A DNA stretch of 64,000 bases, taken from an uncultured bacterium (GTDB taxonomy: Bacteria; Omnitrophota; Omnitrophia; Omnitrophales; Aquincolibacteriaceae). The position numbers were made by a program, and so were the translations under genes. The stretch covers positions 19,019 through 83,018 of the forward strand of contig CAYPIR010000008.1 of the NCBI GenBank assembly GCA_964410905.1, in the 5' to 3' direction. Shown piece after piece: positions 47,339 to 55,302 of this stretch (the first letter of the stretch is position 1; every line of letters starts with the position of its first letter). The notes beneath the pieces were generated by a model that ran no database searches, had not been told where the DNA came from, and worked only from the letters and a program-made list of their open reading frames with translations.

Positions 47339-48443
47339 AAAAAGCATTTTGCTTTTCGCGGCAGTTTTGGGGGTGATTATAAATTCATCAGTGGCATTTG
47401 CGGAAACAGATGTTTTTTATGCTGGGTTTGCTTATAGCGGTAAGTTCTCTGATATTGAATCTAATTTTAAATACACGGCTATGTTTAATAAGCCAAATGC
47501 GGAAGACCGCACATATTTAAACCAACTTTTTGGCGATTTTTTTAAAGACAATAATGTTTTTAATGAAATTAATTTAAAAATTGGCGAGATGAGCAAGCGA
47601 AATGATTCTCCTGTTGTTATGGCGATTACCGTCATTCGAGAGGGGGTAGCGATAGATGAATTTAGTGATTTTTTTAAAATAGTCGGAAATTTATTTTGTA
47701 ATGTTGTGTTTATGGATTTTAAGGAAAAGAGAATTGTAAGTTCGTACCCTGTGTTTGTTGAGTATGTTGATGCTGCGAAAGAAAGACCTTCCGATGCCTA
47801 TCTTGCTGAAATGATCAAAAAGATGTATTCGAGCGAGGAGTTTGGAATAATTGCCTCTATAAAACAGCGGATGAATAGCTTCCGGGCGGAGAACAGTTCT
47901 ATTTTGGCTGCCCAGATTGAAAATATTGAAATTTCTTTGAATGCACAAGAAATGCTAGAGACAAATGCTGACGGGATTGAACGCTTAAAAAGTTTTATGG
48001 TCTATAAATATTCTAGCGTTCTTTCGAGCGACCTTGGGATTTCTGTTCTTCCTCCATATCGCGACTGTTTGACTGGGAAAATGTCATTGGTCTTTTCTGA
48101 CGCGACAGAACAAAATTTTTTAATTCCGGAACCCGCCTATTCTGTTGATATGTCAGTAACTGATCTAAAAACAAAAATTCTCAAAGAAACGCCGTCGCAG
48201 ATAGGCTACGCATTTGGCGGCTATATTCATATAAAAGTTTATGAAAAGAAATTTAATAAAGTTTTTTTTGATAAGGAGGTAAAACACGGAGCGTCAAAAA
48301 ATGTTCCAAGTTCACAGAAAGGAGGAGATAAAAAAGAAATATTTACGGATGTTCTAGGTGGCGCGATGCAAAAATCGATAGATGAAATGAGAAATAATGA
48401 CGAGACGAATAAAACTTTTATTCGACTTTGTCAGAATTCGTAA
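47331..48443 (+). CDS. Hypothetical secreted protein (370 aa).
   Basis: Signal peptide MAKKSILLFAAVLGVIINSSVAFA; no recognisable domain. Confidence 0.5.
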   Translation: MAKKSILLFAAVLGVIINSSVAFAETDVFYAGFAYSGKFSDIESNFKYTAMFNKPNAEDRTYLNQLFGDFFKDNNVFNEINLKIGEMSKRNDSPVVMAITVIREGVAIDEFSDFFKIVGNLFCNVVFMDFKEKRIVSSYPVFVEYVDAAKERPSDAYLAEMIKKMYSSEEFGIIASIKQRMNSFRAENSSILAAQIENIEISLNAQEMLETNADGIERLKSFMVYKYSSVLSSDLGISVLPPYRDCLTGKMSLVFSDATEQNFLIPEPAYSVDMSVTDLKTKILKETPSQIGYAFGGYIHIKVYEKKFNKVFFDKEVKHGASKNVPSSQKGGDKKEIFTDVLGGAMQKSIDEMRNNDETNKTFIRLCQNS

Positions 48444-48464
48444 ACATAAAAAGAAAGGTAAAAT

Positions 48465-49112
48465 ATGAAGAGAATAACGCTTTTAGCAGTTTTGTTTTTA
48501 GTGGTCGGTTCAATTTCAGCATTTGCTTTTGGATTGCCTAAATTAGGCGGCTCAAGTTCTCAAGATGTTGGCGAAGATAAAGCAACGCCGGTAATTGTGG
48601 CGTATACGGCCTCATTAGAATTATTTAAAAAGGCAGAGGCTAGTGCGCTTGAGGCTTTTGGATTTAAGACAGAAGCGGCGATATCGCAAGCAGAGGCTGA
48701 AAGTGCGGGTAAGGGGAATCTAAACTCAGACGATATCAGCAAAAGCGCACAGGTCAGCACGGACGCTCAAAAGTTGATTCTGGAAGCAATCGCCAAAGGT
48801 GAAGTCTTGTCTGATGAAGCAAAAGCAAAGCTGAAAGAATCAGCGGTAAATGCAGGCAAGGGCTTAGTTGCGGAAACCGCCGTTGGTACTTTAGTAGCGG
48901 ATGCTGTTTCGGCAACGCAAACACAAGTTCAGCAACTCTCTTCAAATCCTATGCAACTAGGAGCGGTTAAAGGAAGACTAGATACTTTGCTGACCGTCTC
49001 GAAACTTATTCCTGATGACCTTGTTCAAAAGAAAAATTTATTGTCCGCGTATATCAATTATTTTAAAAGTCAGAATATTGAACTTCCAGCCGATGTAACA
49101 GATTTAATTTAA
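48465..49112 (+). CDS. Hypothetical secreted Ala/Gln/Lys-rich protein (215 aa).
   Basis: Signal peptide MKRITLLAVLFLVVGSISAFA. Low-complexity A/E/K/Q-rich helical-looking body. Confidence 0.5.
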   Translation: MKRITLLAVLFLVVGSISAFAFGLPKLGGSSSQDVGEDKATPVIVAYTASLELFKKAEASALEAFGFKTEAAISQAEAESAGKGNLNSDDISKSAQVSTDAQKLILEAIAKGEVLSDEAKAKLKESAVNAGKGLVAETAVGTLVADAVSATQTQVQQLSSNPMQLGAVKGRLDTLLTVSKLIPDDLVQKKNLLSAYINYFKSQNIELPADVTDLI

Positions 49113-49538
49113 GAGAAAAGTAAGTTTTAAAGATAAGGGCATTAAAGGCTGGGCGATTTTTCGTCCAGCCTTTTTTATTTCTTTAGAAGAGAATAAAGTT
49201 AATTCTTTTTGGAATTTGAAGAGACGCGCTATCGCGCCTTTGCTGGTAGCGCAAGGAAATTTTGTATATTTTTTGATAACGGAAAAATTTTTAGAACCAA
49301 TTAAGTCTTTGCGGAAAACACTTGCGTCGAACGCTACGGCGTTTGCGCCATTCTCAAAATACTCTTTTATGTTTTCCTCCCTAACGCTGTCGCACGCTAA
49401 AAGTTGAATGTCTGAAAATGGCCCGCGAAGTTCTTTAAAATATTTGGGAGTGAAGCAACTAACGGAAAAAACTTTGACCATTGTCGCTCCGCCGTCCCAT
49501 ATTGTGCAGTTCAAAACCTTAATTTGTTCGCGATACAT
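49104..49538 (-). pseudogene. Fragment of a KDPG/KHG aldolase (Eda)-like gene (C-terminal portion only).
   Basis: The translation TMVKVF...PKYFKELRGPFSDIQLL...NIKEYFENGANAVAFDASVFRKDLI aligns with the C-terminal third of Eda. The catalytic N-terminal two-thirds is missing. The ORF tail reads through the convergent terminator. Confidence 0.4.
49145..49178 (+). terminator. Rho-independent terminator ending the six-gene secreted-protein operon.
   Basis: GGCTGG-gcgatttttcgt-CCAGCC stem followed by TTTTTTATTT. Confidence 0.65.
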
Positions 49539-49715
49539 AATGGAACTCCTTTGTTAATTATAATTAATATTGCGATGGTGCTTTGCGGTGGGAAATAAGA
49601 TTGAGGTTTACCTTATCTTTCAACAAGAATCCAATGCCGGTAGGCCTTATTGTTTTGTCTGAGTTGACGCGATAAAATTATGATAGTTTAATGATATTTA
49701 AAACAGGAGGTTTCA

Positions 49716-49979
49716 ATGTTAGACATAAGACCGGTATCAGATTTGAGAAATAGATTTCCAGAGATTGAAAAAGCTGTCAAAGAGGGAAACCGGTTTACTT
49801 AACAAAAAAATGGTTACGGAGCAATGGTTGTGTTAAGTTTAGAACAATATGAAGATTTGACAAACGATACTGAATTTAAAAAGGATGAGGCGGATGAGTT
49901 TGCGAAGACAAATGATGTTCGCTATGAGCACAAAGACGTTTTTACCCGCCTGAAAAAAAGAGCGACAAAAAATGGATAA
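49716..49979 (+). pseudogene. Frameshifted Phd/YefM-family antitoxin remnant.
   Basis: AGGAGG RBS, then MLDIRPVSDLRNRFPEIEKAVKEG, stopping after 28 codons. The Phd-like continuation KPVYLTK / NGYGAMVVLSLEQYEDL is in other frames, around an A7 run. Confidence 0.55.
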
Positions 49980-50305
49980 AAAATGTAAAGCAGTTTATTT
50001 GCCGCTTTTTGAAAAGGACTTGTCAAAGGCCATTGATTACATCGCGGTTTAATTAAAAAATCCAGCAGCCGTCCTTAAATTAGTTGAAATTGTTGAACCT
50101 CTCATATTTAAAAGACTCGCCGCGCCAACTTTGTTTGAGCCTTATCGATTTATAAAGGATAGACCGAATATTTATTACAGAATATACGCAAAAAATTTTA
50201 CGGTTTTTATGTTGTTATAGAGGATGTGATGGAAGTCCGCCGATTTGTTTGAAGCAAGAGAAACTTATCAAAAATTATTTAAATACGGAGACCGAGTTTT
50301 AGTTA
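49972..50305 (+). pseudogene. Decayed RelE/ParE-family toxin remnant.
   Basis: The ATG overlaps the antitoxin stop. ParE-like N-terminus AVYLPLFEKDLSKAIDYIA, then a stop. Downstream frames carry ...EPYRFIKDRPNIYYRIYAKNF..., interrupted by several stops. Confidence 0.45.
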
Positions 50306-50309
50306 GTTT

Positions 50310-51473
50310 TTAACATAGCCGGACTTCGACATTTTTTTGATATTGTTCGCGGAGGATTTTGGCGATGTCGGACACTAAATTGACGCGTATTGAGACGCTT
50401 TTGGGCAGAAGCGGATTTTGATAATAAGGGTTTATGCTTTGTCCAACCGTAAAGTGAATGGCATCGGCGTTCATCATTTCGGCAGCTAGTAATATCGCGG
50501 CGTTTGATCTCGGCGATTTTTTTTCAAATCTAGGCGTGTCTTTCTTTATGAGCTCCAACGTTTTTGAAAGCGTGATGATCCCTTCCGTAACAAGGTCGAC
50601 TCCTTCTAATTCTCCGGGAGGAGGAACATCGCGGTAAGGCTCGTTTATTTTTGCCTCTACTCTACGGCCGATGGTTTTAGCTACGAGGTTGGCGGTAGTT
50701 CCTCCGCAAATTACTTTTCGCCCCTCGGAATGCAAAAACTGGCGGATGTAAAAATCTTGAGAATTTTTATCAACGGGAGGCCCTGTAAAGATGTGTAGAG
50801 ACGAACTTTCGCGGGCGAGAACGCCGACAAAAGTTGTGTCATCTCCGGGTTTTCCGGAATAAAGTTTTTCCGCTTCATCAATTACAAGTTTTACCGCGCG
50901 CGCGGCGCGATGGATTTTTTTTTGAAATGATAATTCTAAAAAACTCGCGATGTTATCCCAGCCCCATCCACATTGATTGTCTTCGCCCAGCCCCGCGTGA
51001 AGCACCCCGTCTGACATAAGCCCCAAAAAGTCGCCTTCAATAATATTTCCTGAAAAAGACATAACTTTTCTTCCAAGTATTTCTGTTGTGACCGTTTCAT
51101 GCCGAAGAATTTTGCCGCCGCGGATATGAAAAAATGGCGGATTGTCGAAGTTTATTACTTGAAAAGTTTTGCTGCGTTCGTTAATCACAAGAGCGGTAAA
51201 GGTCGCATAAGCCATTTTTCGGATTTGGCATATTGGGAGAGTGTCAAGAAGAGTGCGAATAATTTCTTCCAAAGGGATATCGTTCTGAAGCAGTGTCATT
51301 AAAATTTCAGTCGTGAGAGTCGCGAGGATATTCGCTTTGACTCCGCAGCCAAGCCCATCGGAGAGAGCGATCATTGTTTTGCCCGCTTCTTTTACTGTTT
51401 TGATATTGTCGCCGGATAATTCTTCGCCCGATTTGTTAAGACGAGCTTCCGCGACATCATAAAAAAGCGGCAT
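50310..51473 (-). CDS. PP2C-family (SpoIIE-like) serine phosphatase with an unassigned C-terminal domain of about 160 aa.
   Basis: N-terminal PP2C motifs SGDNIKTV, ALSDGLGCG, MSDGVLHAG, GDDTTFVGV. The C-terminal region (ICGGTTANLVAKTIGRR...) is not assignable by eye. Confidence 0.7.
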   Translation of the reverse strand: MPLFYDVAEARLNKSGEELSGDNIKTVKEAGKTMIALSDGLGCGVKANILATLTTEILMTLLQNDIPLEEIIRTLLDTLPICQIRKMAYATFTALVINERSKTFQVINFDNPPFFHIRGGKILRHETVTTEILGRKVMSFSGNIIEGDFLGLMSDGVLHAGLGEDNQCGWGWDNIASFLELSFQKKIHRAARAVKLVIDEAEKLYSGKPGDDTTFVGVLARESSSLHIFTGPPVDKNSQDFYIRQFLHSEGRKVICGGTTANLVAKTIGRRVEAKINEPYRDVPPPGELEGVDLVTEGIITLSKTLELIKKDTPRFEKKSPRSNAAILLAAEMMNADAIHFTVGQSINPYYQNPLLPKSVSIRVNLVSDIAKILREQYQKNVEVRLC

Positions 51474-51973
51474 TAGGATTCTTGCTCCAATGTTTTTAAA
51501 AGTTGAATAAGACTGACCTTTGTGTTTGCCGTTGTTTCGCCAAGCAGACTCGCGATTTCCTGCGCGACTTTCATTTGCTTGTCGACAACTTCATTCACGC
51601 GTTGAATAGTTTGCTTTTTTATTTTCTGAAGTTCGCGCTGTTGCTTCCATTCGCGCGTTGTGTCAACCACGATGCAGGCAATCAGATTGTGATCTTTTAG
51701 AGGGAAAATCACTTCGCGGACATATAGATTATGATTGGGATAATCTTTATTCTTCGCGCGTATAACTTTGTTGGTTTCCCATGCTTGCTGGAAATCCCGC
51801 GCGTCTCCGCGCAAATCCTCAACATGTCTGCCAACTATTTTTTCAGACACGGTTTCAAACATTTGGCAAAGCGCGGGGTTCGCTATTTTGATTTTCATCT
51901 CAAGGTCCACCACGAGCAGCCCGTTAGGATCATATTCCCAAAGAAGTTCCCAAAGCGTTTTTTCTGTAGACAT
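51473..51973 (-). CDS. PAS-domain protein (stand-alone sensor module).
   Basis: PAS-like fold signature LLVVDLEMKIKIANPALCQMFE...GRHVEDL; 166 aa; 1-nt overlap with the phosphatase gene. Confidence 0.6.
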   Translation of the reverse strand: MSTEKTLWELLWEYDPNGLLVVDLEMKIKIANPALCQMFETVSEKIVGRHVEDLRGDARDFQQAWETNKVIRAKNKDYPNHNLYVREVIFPLKDHNLIACIVVDTTREWKQQRELQKIKKQTIQRVNEVVDKQMKVAQEIASLLGETTANTKVSLIQLLKTLEQES

Positions 51974-52065
51974 AAATACCTCACTGTTGATTTATTTTGA
52001 CATTGTATCGGCTACACACATAAAAAACAAAATGTAATTATGCGATCTGCCCGGCATACGAATTT

Positions 52066-52153
52066 CTTGTACAAGCGATTGACTTATTCGCTATATGAGT
52101 TATACTTCGATAAGGAAACATCGATGTATTTTTATCGATATAAATACATCGAT
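52066..52153 (+). promoter_or_regulatory. Putative sigma70-type promoter (TTGACT-16-TATACT) flanked by palindromes: CTTGTACAAG upstream, and a 12-bp inverted repeat ATCGATGTATTT/AAATACATCGAT with four ATCGAT hexamers downstream.
   Basis: Read directly: the 10-bp palindrome at 52066-52075 sits just upstream of the -35 at 52079-52084; -10 at 52101-52106. ATCGAT copies near 52107, 52121, 52135 and 52150; IR arms at 52120-52131 and 52142-52153. Confidence 0.3.
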
Positions 52154-52196
52154 AAAAAAATATTTAATATGACGATTTGAGACAAAAAGGCGCATA

Positions 52197-52877
52197 ATGA
52201 ACACACAAAATGATAAAAAACTGCTGAGTTATCCTTCAATACGGCGAATGCCTTCTTATTTGAGGCTGTTAAAAGAACTTTTGGCGAAGGGAGGGAAGAC
52301 GGTTTCTGCTACTGTTTTGGCGGATGTTCTTGGGCTAGAGTCAATAGTTGTTCGTAAGGATTTTGAGTCGCTTCCTATCATAGGAAAGGCTGGTATCGGT
52401 TATGAGATTCCGGAACTTATAAAAGCTATAGAAGATCATCTAGGGTGGAATAAAGTTACGGACGCGTTTCTGATTGGAACGGGACATCTTGGGACAGCAC
52501 TTTTGGGTTACAGAGGATTTGAGCAATATGGTGTAAGAATTGCGTTGGCGTTTGATGCCGACCCTAAAAAAACTCATCAAACTATAAGTGATATTCAAGT
52601 TAGACCAATCGAAGAGTTGCCGCAGATGGCGGAGAAAATGAAAGTTAAAATAGGGATTTTGACCGTGCCCGCTGAGCAAGCGCAAGGCGTTGCGGAAAAA
52701 ATGGTTGCGGCTGGGATTCGCGGAATTTGGAATTTCGCGCCGGCAAAATTGATGTTGCCGCCTGATGTGGTTGTTCAAAATGAGGATTTGGCTGAGGGCT
52801 TGGCGGTTTTGTCTGTGAAACTTGACAGACTAAAAGCAAAGGCGATGGACGAGAATGTTGAGGGTTTGAGAAGTTAA
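52197..52877 (+). CDS. rex: Redox-sensing transcriptional repressor Rex.
   Basis: N-terminal winged-helix RRMPSYLRLL...VSATVLADVLGL and Rossmann motif LIGTGHLGTAL. Confidence 0.85.
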   Translation: MNTQNDKKLLSYPSIRRMPSYLRLLKELLAKGGKTVSATVLADVLGLESIVVRKDFESLPIIGKAGIGYEIPELIKAIEDHLGWNKVTDAFLIGTGHLGTALLGYRGFEQYGVRIALAFDADPKKTHQTISDIQVRPIEELPQMAEKMKVKIGILTVPAEQAQGVAEKMVAAGIRGIWNFAPAKLMLPPDVVVQNEDLAEGLAVLSVKLDRLKAKAMDENVEGLRS

Positions 52878-52922
52878 GGTTTGATTTATTTATAAAATTT
52901 TTTAAACAAGGGGAGAAAGAGA

Positions 52923-53426
52923 ATGTCAAAGACGATTCTTTTTAGGAAATTTCAAAGAGTGGGAGAAATTCTCGAAGCGCACAATTATAGCGCGTCAAAC
53001 CTGATAGCGATTTTGCAAAAAGTTCAGGAAGAATACCGCTATCTTCCAGAAGAAGTGCTTCTTTATATTGCCGAAATGCTTGAGATTCCGCCGGCGCGTA
53101 TTTACGGCGTCGCGACTTTTTACTCGCATTTTACTCTCAATCCCAAAGGGAAATATTTAATCAGACTTTGCGATGGAACGGCTTGCCATGTCAAACGATC
53201 AACAGGGATTTTAGAAAAACTCCGCGAAAAACTCGGGCTAAACGAAACCAAAATAACAACGGACGATATGCTTTTTACGGTTGAAACAGTGTCTTGTCTT
53301 GGGGCTTGCGGACTTGCTCCGGTAATTATGATCAATCACGACATACACGGACAAATGACGCCGCAAAAAGCCGTAGAACTTGTTGACTCGATTATCGCGA
53401 AGGAGGATACAAATGTCGCAGCTTAA
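52923..53426 (+). CDS. NuoE-like [2Fe-2S] thioredoxin-fold subunit of the NADH-dependent [FeFe] hydrogenase (HydC/HndA-type).
   Basis: Cys motif CDGTACH...CLGACGLAPV. Confidence 0.85.
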   Translation: MSKTILFRKFQRVGEILEAHNYSASNLIAILQKVQEEYRYLPEEVLLYIAEMLEIPPARIYGVATFYSHFTLNPKGKYLIRLCDGTACHVKRSTGILEKLREKLGLNETKITTDDMLFTVETVSCLGACGLAPVIMINHDIHGQMTPQKAVELVDSIIAKEDTNVAA

Positions 53427-55302
53427 TATTGAAATAAAATCTTCCGGCGTTCTGAAACGCAAACTTACTGTATGCGCAGGAACGGCGTGTCGGGCAAACG
53501 GCGCGCTTAAAGTTTACGCGGCGTTTGTTGAAAAAATTAAACAAGCGGGATTTGATGTCGTTGAGTCTTTGTCTGAAGAGAACAAGCACAAGGACGATCC
53601 GAAGGTTTTCAGGACTTCCAAAAGCGGCTGCCAAGGATTTTGTCAAATGGGGCCTCTTGTAACTATTGAGCCGGAGGGCTTTCTCTATGTCAAAGTTCAA
53701 GAATCCGACGTCGTGGAAATTGTCGAGCAAACGCTTGTTAAAAATGAACTTGTAGACCGTCTTCTTTATGTCGATCCCGCGACAAAAGAAAAATATCCTA
53801 AACACGATGAAATTCATTTTTATAAAAAACAATCACGCTCCGTTTTGAAACTTTGCGGCGCGATTGATCCGGAATCCATCGAGGAATATTTTGCTAAAGG
53901 AGGATACGAGGCCTCTAAAAAAGTTTTGACCACAAAAACTCCTGAAGAAGTTTGTAAAGAAATGATGGATTCAGGGCTTCGCGGCCGCGGCGGCGGGGGA
54001 TTTCTCACAGGAAAAAAATGGGATTTAACGCGTCTGCAAAAGGGAGATGTTAAATATCTAATTTGTAATGGCGATGAAGGCGACCCCGGCGCGTTTATGG
54101 ATAGGTCGGTGATGGAAGGAAATCCTCATAGCGTTCTTGAGGGAATGACTATAGCGGCATACGCCATTGGAGCGTCTGAAGGCGTGATTTATGTTCGAGC
54201 GGAATATCCGCTTGCGGTTGAAAATATGCGTAAGGCGGTGGAGAGCGCGCACAGCGCGGGAATGCTCGGTAAAAATTTATTTGGAACTAATTTTAGTTTT
54301 AATTGCCGCGTTGTTGAAGGCGCCGGAGCTTTTGTATGCGGAGAAGAAACCGCGCTTATAGCATCTGTTGAAGGCTGCCGCGGCATGCCTCGTCCTAAAC
54401 CGCCGTTTCCCGCGCAGAGCGGACTTTGGGGAAAGCCGACTTGCATCAACAATGTTGAAACTTTGGCGAGCGTTCCAATCGTATTTCGCATGGGCGCGAG
54501 TGAATTTAAAAAAATCGGCGTGCCGACTTCCACGGGAACAAAAACTTTTGCGCTTACGGGACATGTGGCCAATACCGGACTTATTGAAGTTCCGTTTGGA
54601 ATGACTCTCCGCGAAATCGTTTTTGACATTGGCGGTGGGGTTACGGACGCTAAGGGCAAAATTATGAAAGATGGTTTTAAGGCGGTGCAGATCGGAGGTC
54701 CGTCCGGCGGGTGTCTCACATCTGAGCATTTGGATTTGCCGCTTGAATATGAATCTCTTAAAAAAGTCGGCGCTATGATTGGTTCCGGCGGGCTTGTTGT
54801 TATGAACTGTGATACTTGCATGGTAAACGTAGCCAGATATTTTATGCAATTTACGCAAAATGAATCTTGCGGGAAATGCGTTCTTTGCCGTGAAGGCACA
54901 AAGCAAATGCTGTCGCTTTTAGACGACATAATAGAAGGTCGCGCGACAATGGCGACTTTGGATTTAATGAAAGAACTTGCTGAGGTTGTGCAAAAAGGTT
55001 CTCTTTGCGGTTTAGGGAAAACGGCGCCGAATCCGGTGCTTTCTACCATGAAATATTTTAGAGAAGAATATGAGCAGCATGTCCGCGATAAGTGGTGTCC
55101 GACTGGGGCGTGTAAGTCGCTTGCGCGGCCTGAAATTATCGCCGAAAAATGCTGCGGTTGCGGGATGTGTAAAAAAGTTTGCCCTGTCAGCGCTATTACG
55201 GGAGAAATTAGACAAGCGCACGTGATTAATTCAGCGATTTGCATCAAATGTGGAGCTTGTGCTCAAGCTTGTAAATTTAACGCGATTGTGGGGGTGGCGT
55301 AA
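53413..55302 (+). CDS. NuoF-like flavoprotein subunit of the [FeFe] hydrogenase (HydB/HndC-type), with NADH/FMN site and Fe-S clusters.
   Basis: AAGGAGG RBS. N-terminal 2Fe-2S-like Cys (CAGTACRANG). FMN/NADH motif GLRGRGGGGFLTGKKW. ESCGKCVLCREG. Two C-terminal CxxCxxCxxxCP clusters. Confidence 0.9.
   Translation: MSQLNIEIKSSGVLKRKLTVCAGTACRANGALKVYAAFVEKIKQAGFDVVESLSEENKHKDDPKVFRTSKSGCQGFCQMGPLVTIEPEGFLYVKVQESDVVEIVEQTLVKNELVDRLLYVDPATKEKYPKHDEIHFYKKQSRSVLKLCGAIDPESIEEYFAKGGYEASKKVLTTKTPEEVCKEMMDSGLRGRGGGGFLTGKKWDLTRLQKGDVKYLICNGDEGDPGAFMDRSVMEGNPHSVLEGMTIAAYAIGASEGVIYVRAEYPLAVENMRKAVESAHSAGMLGKNLFGTNFSFNCRVVEGAGAFVCGEETALIASVEGCRGMPRPKPPFPAQSGLWGKPTCINNVETLASVPIVFRMGASEFKKIGVPTSTGTKTFALTGHVANTGLIEVPFGMTLREIVFDIGGGVTDAKGKIMKDGFKAVQIGGPSGGCLTSEHLDLPLEYESLKKVGAMIGSGGLVVMNCDTCMVNVARYFMQFTQNESCGKCVLCREGTKQMLSLLDDIIEGRATMATLDLMKELAEVVQKGSLCGLGKTAPNPVLSTMKYFREEYEQHVRDKWCPTGACKSLARPEIIAEKCCGCGMCKKVCPVSAITGEIRQAHVINSAICIKCGACAQACKFNAIVGVA

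Noticed and set aside
54189-55247. 352-aa minus-strand ORF (and several 60-210-aa minus-strand ORFs) inside the hydrogenase flavoprotein/catalytic genes.
   Set aside because: They lie entirely antisense to CDSs with strong, motif-verified products. Their translations are low-complexity (R/S/P-rich) with no motifs. These are classic shadow ORFs in GC-biased codon-position frames.
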